A stretch of 33,810 bases of DNA from Octopus sinensis (taxonomy: Eukaryota). Positions 11,216 to 21,584 of the stretch are shown here, piece after piece. The DNA lies in NCBI RefSeq assembly GCF_006345805.1, contig NW_021836242.1, positions 1 through 33,810 on the forward strand, given 5' to 3'. The position numbers and the translations under genes are program-made. Numbering within the stretch: position 1 is the stretch's first letter; the number at the start of each line of letters is the position of its first letter. Below the pieces are notes generated by a model. That model had not been told where the DNA came from and made no database searches. It was given only the letters and a program-made list of their open reading frames with translations.

Positions 11216-11789
11216 ATTTAACCTAAATTTGAGACACCAGCAAAAGAAGAAATAAAGATAGACTTTTTTCTGTTCCAAAGATAAACGATTTTATTCACAC
11301 AAATATGCAACCGAAGAGTTTAAAGTACCAGTAATGATAAAGCTGTTGATTGGGAGAACACAAACATGGTTTAAACAGTAAGCTTGGCAGGAAAGAAACA
11401 TGCCTTTAAGCAGTACAAAAACAACAAAATATGGAAGGTGCAGTTACGTACAGGTTGACGGAAGAAAAGCAGGACAAAAACGACTTTATCGATCGCATTC
11501 TCACCTGGAATCGATTTTTGTAATTTTTTCAAGACTTATACATGCCCTGATACCGTCGGTATCTACATATCAAATTTGAGCGCAGGTTATATATACAGGT
11601 TATCAGATAAGCTGTATAAGAATATTTAAATGGATGAATGAATTATCCTTTGTTTACCGTTAACATGGAAAATTCAATAAACAGTTACCAGGGTAGCAAA
11701 ATTCACGCAAGTAACACGGATGAAGCGACCTATTCAAAGGTAGAAATTCCGGGTTAATGTGCAGTAATTTGTGTATTATAAGTAAATAA

Positions 11790-12366
11790 ATGGAGTTGAA
11801 CGAAGATGTTATTAAGTTTCTTTTACTTTACCTCCAAAACATTTCAAATCAAAAAATACAGAAGATTAAGAATAGATTAGTGAGGTGTTTTTTTAGTAGA
11901 ATGGGCTTTCACATCGTTTTTCACGATGAGTTAACTAAAGCTAACTTCATAGACATTACTCTCAATTTACAAAATAACTCGTACTTCCCCATACCATAAA
12001 CCTTCCACAAATCTCAAATATATTAGTCCTTACAGTAATCACGCTAGGGCAATTACTAAGAATTTAGTTAAAAACATTTCACTTAGATTATCTAAATTAC
12101 CCGTCATTGTTGACATTTTTAACGAAAAGGCAGAATTCTATAACGTTGCCTTGGTTAAAAGTCGCTATAAAAAGAAAGTGACATACATTGATTCTGCTCA
12201 ATCTAGTCTTTATCGCAAGAAAAAAAAATCTAGTTGTAATAATAAGAGTAATTTTAATTCTAATATTGTAAACAACGCAATACCTAATATAAATCCTTTA
12301 CGGAGTAAGGGAGGCAAGCGTTATTTAAGCTCAAATTTTCACTCAAGTAATGTGTGTGTGTGTTTG

Positions 12367-12414
<48 letters not shown>

Positions 12415-12975
12415 GTCGTGTGTGTACATATGTGTATGCATACTTTTGCAAAGCACACATATACATACATACCCAAACCACACACACACCCATACACAGA
12501 TAGCAATGCGTTTATTATTGCGGATACGTAGAGGGGGGGGACAAACTTCAGTTTCATGTTCATATATACTGTTATATATGCATACGAGTAAACGCAGTTA
12601 TCCCCACTTGCTTTCCTTCTATATAACATAAAATATCAGTCTGTAGTCGAATGTATACATATATGTGTATTTATTGAAAATAATACATACATATACATGT
12701 GTGTGTGTGCGTGTGTGTGTGTGTGTGTGTATAAGTACATATAGAAATATATACATAAAAAATATATCTGTATGTATGTGCATTCATATATGTATTGCTT
12801 GACGCTACTAACAGAAAGCAGTCGCCATATTTTTTCCAAACCCGACATCCCTGAGGAGTATGTGCATAGGATAAATGTCCGTTATCTGACAACCGGTGCG
12901 AAACCGATTGCTAAGATATATTACTCTAATATCCTCCTTTATTAACAAATATACGAGAGCCTAAATTTTCTGATT
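11790..12975 (+). mobile_element. Decayed Penelope-like retroelement: C-terminal RT/thumb fragment plus 3' region with a degenerate hammerhead
   Basis: ...ELTKANFIDITLNLQNNSYFP, then (frameshift) YHKP..NLKYISPYSNHARAITKNLVKNISLRLSKL....DIFNEKAEFYNVALVKSRY, matching the FLD-YxKP-SNH pattern of PLE RTs. Boundaries approximate. Confidence 0.8.
12847..12917 (+). ncRNA. Degenerate type-I hammerhead ribozyme motif with long stem II
   Basis: ATCC-CTGAGGA(12851-12857)-GTAT...GGATAA...TTATCT...GTGC-GAAAC(12900-12904)-CGATTGCTAAGAT. Canonical CUGANGA and GAAA boxes; stem III and cleavage triplet decayed. Confidence 0.55.
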
Positions 12976-12995
12976 GATGGATTCTTAGACTACAT

Positions 12996-13036
<41 letters not shown>

Positions 13037-13046
13037 CGGAAATATA

Positions 13047-13440
13047 CTAGCAGTATCGCCCGGCGTTGCTCGGATTTGTAAGGGAAATAACTATATAAGC
13101 ATTTTTAGAGAGTTATAGCCCCAAAATAGCAAAAAAATGCATTAAAAATGGAAAAAAAATTATGGTAAATTTTTTTTTAAATCGTTGACTCATCGTAGAC
13201 ATTTTTAGAGAGTTACTTCCCTTATATAATAGCGAAAAAATGCATTAAAATGGAAAAAATGTTGGTAATTTTTTTTTAATCGTAGACTCATCGTAGACGC
13301 GCGCTAATACCCAGAAGGGCTCGATATGAATCACGTCTATAAGATACCCGGTTTTGGTTAAACTGCACCGCAAAATGTGGAAGTAGTTAGGAATCTAAAT
13401 CGTAGGAGACAGACACACAACCTCTCTTTAATATATAAGA
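13047..13440 (-). mobile_element. Short non-autonomous Helitron with a ~100-bp internal tandem duplication
   Basis: A|TC...CTAG|T ends on the minus strand; hairpin region CCCGGCGTTGCTCGG nearly identical to the 7172 element; 13101-13200 repeated at 13201-13298. Confidence 0.85.
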
Positions 13441-13457
13441 TATATATATATATATAT

Positions 13458-13528
<71 letters not shown>

Positions 13529-13535
13529 TAGATAT
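13441..13535. repeat. (TA)n(GATA)n microsatellite
   Basis: Direct reading. Confidence 0.95.
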
Positions 13536-13562
13536 ACACGAACATTTATGTATACACATATA

Positions 13563-13835
13563 TACTTGTTTCAGTTATGAGATGGTGGTCATACTGGGAC
13601 ATTACCGTGAATTTTTTTCTGTTTTCTTTTTTCGTCGAACGAACCAACCTCATTACTCTTTTAACCGAGGAATATATTCTCCTTTCACTTTTACCGAACC
13701 GCTAAGGTACGGGGAGGTAAACACACTAACACCGGTTGTCAAGCGGTGGAGGGGTACAAAAACACACATACACATATATATTATATGTATGCGTGTTTGT
13801 GTGTGAGCGAGTGTGTGTGAGACAGAGTGAGAAAG

Positions 13836-13882
<47 letters not shown>

Positions 13883-14070
13883 TGTGTGTGAGTATGGGTA
13901 GACGATGGGTTTTTTTTTCAGTTTCCGACTACCAAATCCACTCACGAGGTTCTGGTCCACCCGAAGCTAGAGGCTACAGTAGAAGACACTTGGCCAAGAT
14001 ACCATGCAGTAGGACTGAACCTGGAACCGTATAGTTGGGAAGCAAGCTTCTTACCACACAACATCCCCAC
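13563..14070 (-). mobile_element. Old diverged SINE family C copy
   Basis: TACTTGTTTCAGT..., CCGAACCGCTAAG, CAGTTTCCG..ACCAAATCCACTCAC, AGAAGACACTTG, GGACTGAACC match the reverse complement of family C. Confidence 0.8.
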
Positions 14071-14358
14071 CTCGCTCAAACACACACACACACATAAAAT
14101 GCATACACAGCAAACCCGTTGGAACGTATTAAACCTGATCATAAAACCGATTCATATCAATAACAAATATGTTACTGCAAAGACATATGCACCGGAAAGA
14201 GATTCTGTGGAACAAATCGACTGCGCGAAACTTGGAAAAGGTGCGAAACTGTGCAAGAACTTTACTTTTGTAGTATACAATAGGCGCATTATTCTGCATT
14301 ATTGGCTGGAGATTATGATCAATATAGTGCTGTAAAGCAGAGTTTTTCAGCCACCTGT

Positions 14359-14951
14359 TCTGGGCCCGGTTGATATCTGGGCCATGGATCATTTCTGAGC
14401 CGCCGGTCAATCCTGGGCCGCCGGTCACTTCTGGGCTGCCGGTCACTTCTGGGCTACCGGTCACTTCTGGGCCACCGGTCACTTCTGGGACGCCGGTCAC
14501 TTCTGGGCGGCTGGTCACTTCTGGGCTGCCGATCACTTCTGGGTCATCGATCATTTCTGGGTCATCGATCATTTCTGGGCCTTCGGTCATTTCTAGGCCA
14601 CCAATCATTTCTGGGCCGCCAATCATTTCTGAGCCGCCGATCATTTCTGAGCCGCTGATCATTTCTGAGCCGCCGATCATTTCTGGGCCACCGGTCACTT
14701 CTGGGCGGCCGGTCACTTCTGGGTCATCGATCATTTCTGGGCCTTCGGTCATTTCTGGGCCGCCAATCAATTCTGGGCCATCGATCATTTCTGGGACGCC
14801 GATTATTTCTGGGCCGCCGATCATTTCTGGGCCGCCGATTATTTCTGGGTCACCGATCATTTCTGGGCCGCCGATCATTTCTGGGCCGCCGACCATTTCC
14901 CGGCCGCCGATCATTTCTGGGTCACTGATTATTTCTGGGCCGCCGACCATT
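14359..14951 (+). repeat. 18-bp minisatellite (GATCATTTCTGGGCCGCC consensus), ~32 units
   Basis: Direct reading; gives the GPEMIG / ISGPPI hexapeptide ORFs. Confidence 0.95.
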
Positions 14952-15085
14952 TGTTACCGAACTGCACGAGAAAAATAGATTTTTATACATTACCTTCAAT
15001 TTTACTGACTATCGCAGTCCACAGGGTGATTTCCCAGAGAGAGAGAGAGTGAGTGAGTGTGTGTGTGTGTGGTGTGTGTGTGTGT

Positions 15086-15133
<48 letters not shown>

Positions 15134-15510
15134 CATATGAGCGAAGGTGCATGGCCCGTTCTGTGATGCGTGGGTGAGTGCACAAAGGCTGCGCGTCGCA
15201 GGTTCCTCGAAGCGAACTCGGGAAGTAATTACCGTTAACGATTTACCATAGAAGTGCTTCAAATATCCGCAGAGTGTTGAAGAAACGCTAAGGCACCAGG
15301 TCCAGGTTGCATCGATGCCATAATCTGGAAGGGTCCACTTTTCCCCACAAAAATCAGCTGGGCCTGATCATAAAACCGATTCATGCCAACGGCAGATAAG
15401 TTACTTCAAGAACTTGAGTACCGGACAGAGATTTTGTGGAACGAATCGACTGCGCAAAACTAGTAGAAGTTGCTAAACTAGTCAAGAATTTTACTGATGT
15501 AGTACACAAT

Positions 15511-16178
15511 GTGGAGGCGCAATGGCCCAGTGGTTAGGGCAGCGGACACACGGTCGTAGGATCGCGGTTTCGATTCCCAGACCGGGCATTGTGAGTGTTT
15601 ATTGAGCGAAAACACCTAAAAGCTCCACGAGGCTCCGGCAGGGGATGGTGGTGATCCCTGCTGTACTCTTTCACCACAACTTACTCTCACTCTTACTTCC
15701 TGTTTCTGTTGTACCTGTATTTCAAAGGGCCGGCCTTGTCACTCTCTGTGTCACGCTGAATATCCCCGAGAACTACGTTAAGGGTACACATGCCTGTGGA
15801 GTGCTCAGCCACTTACACGTTAATTTCACGAGCAGGCTGTTCCGTTGATTCGGATCAACCGGAACCCTCGTCGTCGTAACCGACTGAGTGCTTCCATCTG
15901 AGGCTCCGGCAGAGGATGGTGGTGATCCCTGCTGTACTCTTTCACCACAACTTTCTCACACTCTTACTTCCTGTTTCTGTTGTACCTGTATTTCAAAGGG
16001 CCGGCCTTGTCACTCTCTGTGTCACGCTGAATATCCCCGAGAACTACGTTAAGGGTACACGTGTCTGTGGAGTGCTCAGCCACTTACACGTTAATTTCAC
16101 GAGCAGGCTGTTCCGTTGATTCGGATCAACCGGAACACTCATCGTCGCAACCGACGGAGTGCTTCCAATCCCAATTCC
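15511..16178 (+). mobile_element. SINE family B with a 271-bp duplication of its body
   Basis: 10-bp TSD AGTACACAAT (15501-15510, 16179-16188); GAGGCTCCGGC restarts at 15629 and 15900. Confidence 0.92.
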
Positions 16179-16699
16179 AGTACACAATACGTGCATTATT
16201 CTACATTACTGGCTTGAGATTATGAACTGTACTCATGCATATCAGGGGTCTCCAACCACCAATTCTGGGCCGCGGATCATTTGTTAACGAACCGCACTGA
16301 AGGAACAGATCTTTAAATGTTGTCTTCTATTTTACTGATTATTGTAGTCTGTAGGGTGCTTTTGCATTGTGTATATGTGTGTATGTAGGTATGTGTGCAT
16401 GAAAGCGCCTGGCTTGTTCTGGGAAGCGTGGATGAGAACACAAAAGCGGCGTATGGCAGGTTTCTCGAATTGGATCCAGGAAGGAACGACCATGAAGGCT
16501 TCACCATGAAAGTGCTTCAGAAATCCCCAAAATGTTGAGGAAGCGTTAAGATACCAGGTCCAGACAGCATCGATGTCATCATCTGGATGAGTTCACACCC
16601 CACCCTCCCAAACATCTGCTGGACTTCTGTAGCAGGACCTCTAAAGGAAGCGAACCATACTCGACCCCAAAGTTTTCAAAAATTCTACTTCCAAAGAAA

Positions 16700-17571
16700 G
16701 GTTTTAGATCTACAAAGGAATGTAAGCGTTCAAAGAGTGTCACCATCTTTCCAAACCCTGCTGCATTTCACAGGGAATTTTTGCTCGTCTTTTTGTGGCT
16801 GTAAATTTTTATCTGTAAACTTCGACTTGCAAGCCAGAAAATACTGTAGGTAATCATTATATACATGCTACAAAACACATACACACATTTATACGCATAC
16901 GGTGTTTTCCGGTATATAAGTTGACGTGAATATAGTACAAAAATACGTAGTGTAAACATTTAAACGTCATCGATATCTTTCCAAATCTAGCTGCATTTAA
17001 CATAGAATTATTGGCCCTGCGAAGTTGTCTTGGTATATTAGTTGACCTATCTTATTTGGCTGTAAATTTTGATCTCAAAATTTCAACTTGCATACCAAAA
17101 AATGTGGGGGGGTGCGTGGCTTAGTGGTTAGGGTGTTGATCTCATGATCGTAAGGTCGTAGTTTCGATTCCTGAACCGGGTGATGCGTTGTGTTCTTGAG
17201 CAAAACACTTCAATTTCACGTTGCTCCAGTCCACTCAGCTGGCAAAAATGAGTAACGCTGCGATGGACTGGTGTCCTGTCCAGCTGGGGAACACATACGC
17301 CATTGAAACCGGGAAACCGGGCCCATGAGCCTGGTAGTTATTCATCTGCCTCTCTCTCTCTCTCTCTCTCTCTTTTATACAAACCCACATTGTATATAAT
17401 GTAAACATGTAGCGTAAACATGAAAATATTGTCATTATCTTTCCCAAATCCTGTTGCATCTTACAATTAATTTTCGGTCCCCCGAAGCTGTCTCGATATA
17501 TAAGTCAAGCACCTTATCTTGGGCTCTAAATTTTGGTCAGAAAAATTCGATATGTATGAGGGAAAACGCGG
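16700..17571 (+). mobile_element. Three adjacent, strongly diverged copies of a ~200-bp Tc2/pogo-type MITE
   Basis: Left TIR TA|CGGTGTTTTCCGGTATATAAGTTGAC (16898). Right-TIR-like TCGACTTGCAAGCCAGAAAATACTG|TA (16822-16848), with counterparts at ~17083-17107 and 17547-17571. Shared internal ATCTTTCC.AA.C...TGCAT and GGCT.TAAATTTT blocks. Confidence 0.6.
17107..17335 (+). mobile_element. tRNA-derived SINE family D
   Basis: A box TGGCTTAGTGG, B box GTTTCGATTCC, CORE-like TTGAGCAAAACACTT, GCGATGGACTGG.GTCC.GTCCAG, 3' GAAACCGGG repeats. Confidence 0.8.
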
Positions 17572-17734
17572 TCAACTACCTTTTTTTATCCACCATGTAA
17601 ATAATTATTTGTTTCCGACGTTTAGTTACCAGGATATGTAGGAAATTATATCAGCTATTATCGATTAGCTATACCGATTCTTTTTCACGTAATGTTTGAC
17701 AAACTGACGTGCAGAAAGCATTATATAAATATAT

Positions 17735-17879
17735 GGCGATCCTTCGGTATTGGTCTCCGGAGTGACGGTGTTAAGAGACGATGTCATTCACTTTCGTTTT
17801 CAGCCTAGCCTCTTTATCTGTGTCATAAGGAAAGGTCATATGGGTGAGCGACGTCGTGTACCAACATCGAAGGATTTCA
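17735..17879. mobile_element. ~145-bp MITE-like element
   Basis: Inverted repeat ATCCTTCGGTATTGGT (17739-17754) / ACCAACATCGAAGGAT (17860-17875), 14/16 match, AT-rich flanks. Confidence 0.5.
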
Positions 17880-17942
17880 AATATATCAGTACAGAAGTAC
17901 AGACACACACACACACACACACAAATATATGTGTATATATAT

Positions 17943-18148
17943 AACTAAAAATAAGGGTGTCTGAGAGACACCACCATGTGGAAATAGCAGTCAAAACCCT
18001 GACTTTAAAAACCACGTTAAATGTTCATATCGTACCATGAGATAAGACTCTCATGGTACGATATGAACATTTAACGTGGTTCTTAAAGTCAGGGTTTTGA
18101 CTGCTATTTCGAAATGGTGGTGTCTCTCAGACACCCTTATTTTTAGTT
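17943..18148. repeat. Foldback palindrome 1: 100-bp arms, 6-nt loop
   Basis: 17943-18042 is the reverse complement of 18049-18148 with 3 mismatches by eye; loop TAAGAC. Confidence 0.97.
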
Positions 18149-18256
18149 GTAAAAAAATTATTACTTTTGTACGGTATTTTTTCCCATGCTGGCCACTTGA
18201 TAATGTTGATATTATCCTTATTTATAAATGTATATATATATATATATGTGATCTCT

Positions 18257-18449
18257 TGAGCACCACCAGCAAAAATATTTTTTTCCTCTGTCTTCCCTTC
18301 TCGGGATCTTTCCTTCTCCTTTTTTCCGACGAAGAGCTCCGCTCGAAACGTTAAACCCTCCTTCCCTTCTTTCCTGAGCGTCAAATAATACTTTAATTGT
18401 TCCACGTCCTCACGTTGCTGTGTTTTTTACTGTGTTTTTTTGTTTGGAT

Positions 18450-18453
<4 letters not shown>
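18257..18453 (+). mobile_element. Hammerhead-like module, direct-repeat copy 1
   Basis: About 6 differences from 18729-18924. TTT-CCGACGA(18326-18332)-A-GAGC-TCC-GCTC-GAAA-CG-TT-AAA. Confidence 0.7.
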
Positions 18454-18492
<39 letters not shown>

Positions 18493-18506
18493 ATATTCGT
18501 ATTTCA

Positions 18507-18709
18507 AAATAGAAAATTACCCTTTAACAGGTAATCTTACATGCTAGAAATAGCGGCCAACACGGGCCAAAAACCACAATTTTATAGCAAATTTCGAAGA
18601 TTTTTATTTTTCATTTACTTCGAAATTTGCTATAAAATTGTGGTTTTTGGCCGTGTTGGCTGCTATTTCTAGCATGTAAAATTACCTGTTAAAGGGTAAT
18701 TTTCTATTT
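18507..18709. repeat. Foldback palindrome 2: 93/92-bp arms, 18-nt AT-rich loop
   Basis: 18507-18599 vs 18618-18709, 2 mismatches and 1 indel by eye. Confidence 0.97.
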
Positions 18710-18728
18710 ATATATATATATATATATA

Positions 18729-18920
18729 TGAGCACCACCAGCAAAAATATTTTTTTCCTCTGTCTTCCCTTCTCGGGATCTTTCCTTCTCCTTGTTTCCG
18801 ACGAAGAGCTCCGCTCGAAACGTCAAACCCTCCTTCCCTTCTTTCCTGAGCGTCAAATAATACTTTAATTGTTCCACGTCCTCGCGTGCTGTGTTTTTTT
18901 CTGTGTTTTCTTGTTTGGAT

Positions 18921-18924
<4 letters not shown>
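18729..18924 (+). mobile_element. Hammerhead-like module, direct-repeat copy 2
   Basis: Direct repeat of 18257-18453 at offset 472, flanked by (TA)n. Confidence 0.7.
18794..18828 (+). ncRNA. Minimal (short stem III) type-I hammerhead ribozyme candidate with U4C core variant
   Basis: GTTT-CCGACGA-A-GAGC-TCC-GCTC-GAAA-CG-TC-AAAC: stem I GTTT/AAAC, stem II GAGC/GCTC, palindromic ACGT, GUC cleavage triplet. Confidence 0.65.
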
Positions 18925-18988
<64 letters not shown>

Positions 18989-19054
18989 CTAGCTAGGAAA
19001 CATATGTAGCCTAAATTTCACCAGCTGGATATCCTCGAAATTTTATAATCTTAA

Positions 19055-19269
19055 CCCATTAAGTCCCATTAAGACACTAAATGAGAATATTAAATAAGCT
19101 ATATCACATTGCCTCAGTGTCCTATTTATAGGACACCGAGTATTTCCATTTCTATTTGAAGTAAAGGAGTTTTAATAATTATTTTTTAAAAATTTTAACC
19201 TATTTTCAATCATCTGTAAAAAGTTTAAAAGTAATATTCAGAAATTTAAGTACTCTGGGATTTAATGGG
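19055..19269. mobile_element. piggyBac-type MITE
   Basis: TTAA|CCCATTAAGTCCCA ... TGGGATTTAATGGG|TTAA: TTAA TSD (19051-54, 19270-73), 13/14-bp TIR starting CCC. Confidence 0.85.
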
Positions 19270-19725
19270 TTAACTACGGAAAGCGGCTTTACCCCACGGC
19301 TTTGAATAAAAACCCACCCTTGTAACGCGAGAAACTGTGACACACTCTTCGTAGTGTCACTTCTTACAAGAAGCTATTTTGCCATTTAAAATTTTTTTCA
19401 CATATTCTACCAAATATTTCAGAGCAAGAATGAAATACTTTTAGCGGTGGATATGAAAAGCGTACCCACAAGAGGTACAATGCAAAAAATAGTAAAAGCA
19501 GAAAATATCAATTACATTTTTTTTTTTCAGCGGATAATTAACATCATTACGGAAATTACCATGGAAATTAATTACGCAGTCAAAAAAGTTAAAACATGAA
19601 TTTTTTTTTTTTTTTTTGATAGAACAAACTGAAGCAAAAAGATTAAACACTTACCTTGAAAATTTCTAAAAATTCCATAAAACCAGCTAATTCTTCGGAA
19701 AATTTGCCAAAAATCCAAATTGTTC

Positions 19726-19760
<35 letters not shown>

Positions 19761-19814
19761 GTATAAAAGACGTTGTCATCTTACTCAGTTAACAAATTCG
19801 ACAGTTTGAGCGAT

Positions 19815-20233
19815 TCTCTCTTTTACTCTCTTTATTCTTTTACTTGTTTCAGTCATTTGACTGCGGCCATGCTGGAGCACCGCCTTTGATCGAGCAACTC
19901 GACCTCGGGACTTATTCTTCTGTAAGCCCAGTACTTATTCTATCGGTCTCTTTTGCCGGACCGCTAAGTGACAGGGACATAAACACACCAGCATCGGTTG
20001 TTAAGCAATACTAGAGGGACAAACACAGACACACAAACACACACACACATATATATATATACATATATACGACAGGCTTCTTTTCAGTTTCCGTCTACCA
20101 AATCCACTCACAAGGCATTGTTCGGCCCGAGGCTATAGCAGAAGACACTTGCCCAAGATGCCACGCAGTGGGACTGAACCCGGAACCATGTGGTTGGTAA
20201 GCAAGCTACTTACCACACAGCCACTCCTGCGCC
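19815..20233 (-). mobile_element. SINE family C, full length
   Basis: Reverse complement of 2086-2492. Confidence 0.92.
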
Positions 20234-20242
20234 TATTCTGTT

Positions 20243-20254
20243 TATTATTATTAC

Positions 20255-20318
<64 letters not shown>

Positions 20319-20430
20319 ATTATTACTATTATCATTATTAACAAAATGAAGTCGATTGAGATGATTACTTTGAAATTGTGGACGACACACGAAGTGTCGA
20401 AATATTGTTCATTCGATAACAATCTCACTC

Positions 20431-20474
<44 letters not shown>
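20243..20474. repeat. Two (TTA)n tracts (20243-20340, 20431-20474)
   Basis: Direct reading. Confidence 0.95.
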
Positions 20475-20661
20475 GTCGCCAGAGCTGGACGTGTATTTCG
20501 GAGTTCCGTAAGAGTGTGTCTTTTTTACCTCTAAAAAAAATTGTTATTGTTACATTTCATTGTGATAACTTGTGGCTAAGTTAATCCAGCTTACTAAATA
20601 TTGTAATTTTTTCGGATGTGTTCGTTTTAAGCATTAAGATTATAATTCCGAAAAAATAAAT

Positions 20662-21347
20662 GGATCTTTTCGGTTTGAACGGCAGTTTTTAACATAATTT
20701 CTAGGTAACTAAAAAGTTTTAAACTTCGTATACTGGTAGAATGTGTTTATAAAACATCTTTTTCTCTTGGCTTTATTGAGAAAATTCTATAGTTTGTAAG
20801 ATATTTGTTGTTTTTTTTTCTTCAATTTCTGCAATTTCAACCAATCAATGACGTCCATTGAGGTAAAAAAAAAACATTCTGTGCCGTATGAATATGTCCC
20901 TCGTTTAAGAAGCAGATTCGGTTTAGGATCTTTTCGGTTTGAACGGCAGTTTTTAACATAATTTCTAGGTAACTAAAAAATTTTAAACTTCGTATACTGG
21001 TAGAATGTGTTTATAAAACATCTTTTTTCTCTTGGCTTTATTGAGAAAATTCTATGGTTTGTAAGATATTTGTTGTTTTTTTTTCTTCAATTTCTGCAAT
21101 TTCAACCAATCAATGACGTCCATTGAGGTAAAAAAAAAACATTCTGTGCCGTATGAAAATGTCCCTCGTTTAAGAAACAGATTGGGTTTATTTACATTTG
21201 TGAAGAAAAAAAGATACCCTTCCCACACCCCTAACCCTAACCCTAAAAGCGATTGAAATGCAATAGATCGATTCTAGGGTCATAATTATGGGTGACAATT
21301 TCATATGACACCGCTAGAAAAAACTGCCGTTCAAACCGAAAAGATAC
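20662..21347. mobile_element. Non-autonomous DNA transposon with ~29-bp GG-start TIRs (Merlin-like?) and a duplicated 264-bp left end
   Basis: GGATCTTTTCGGTTTGAACGGCAGTTTTT at 20662 and 20926; reverse complement at 21319-21347; possible degenerate 8-bp TSD AAATAAAT/AGATGAAT; (CCCTAA)3 at 21229-21246. Superfamily is tentative. Confidence 0.8.
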
Positions 21348-21584
21348 AGATGAATAAACGAAATAACCTACCTGTAAATTTTCAGTTTCGAATCATTTCG
21401 ACGAAATTTCTTTCTTTTTCTTCTTTTCTTTCTTCTTTTTTTTCTTTTTCTTCTTTTCTTTCTTTTCTTTTTTTAAAGAAAATGTAATATTTTGGGGATA
21501 TTTGTAAGAATCTTAATCTCAGAAGTCTAATAATATACGTCTGAAAAAGAAAAAAAAAAAAAGGAAAACGTTTTTCAGAAGTAG

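Larger units (their letters stand above)
14133..16625 (+). repeat. Old tandem duplication of a ~650-bp unit containing a hAT-like 5' end (copy 1 14133-15362, copy 2 15363-16625)
   Basis: CCTGATCATAAAACCGATTCAT at 14133 and 15363; ACCAGGTCCAG...GCATCGATG at ~15295 and ~16553; CAGGGGTCTCCAACC..TGGGCCGCGGA (16243) resembles hAT/Charlie ends. Confidence 0.8.

Noticed and set aside
14099-14335. Protein-coding paralog pair in the tandem duplication
   Set aside because: Several synonymous changes, but overall no third-position excess and in-frame stops in copy 2.
14359-14951. CRISPR array
   Set aside because: Contiguous 18-bp units with no unique spacers, no cas genes, animal context.
15511-15590. 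Genuine tRNA genes (also 2086, 17107, 31729)
   Set aside because: A/B boxes present but no complete cloverleaf; they continue into SINE bodies, several with TSDs.
21229-21246. Interstitial telomere or chromosome fusion
   Set aside because: Only three units, located inside a TIR-bounded element.
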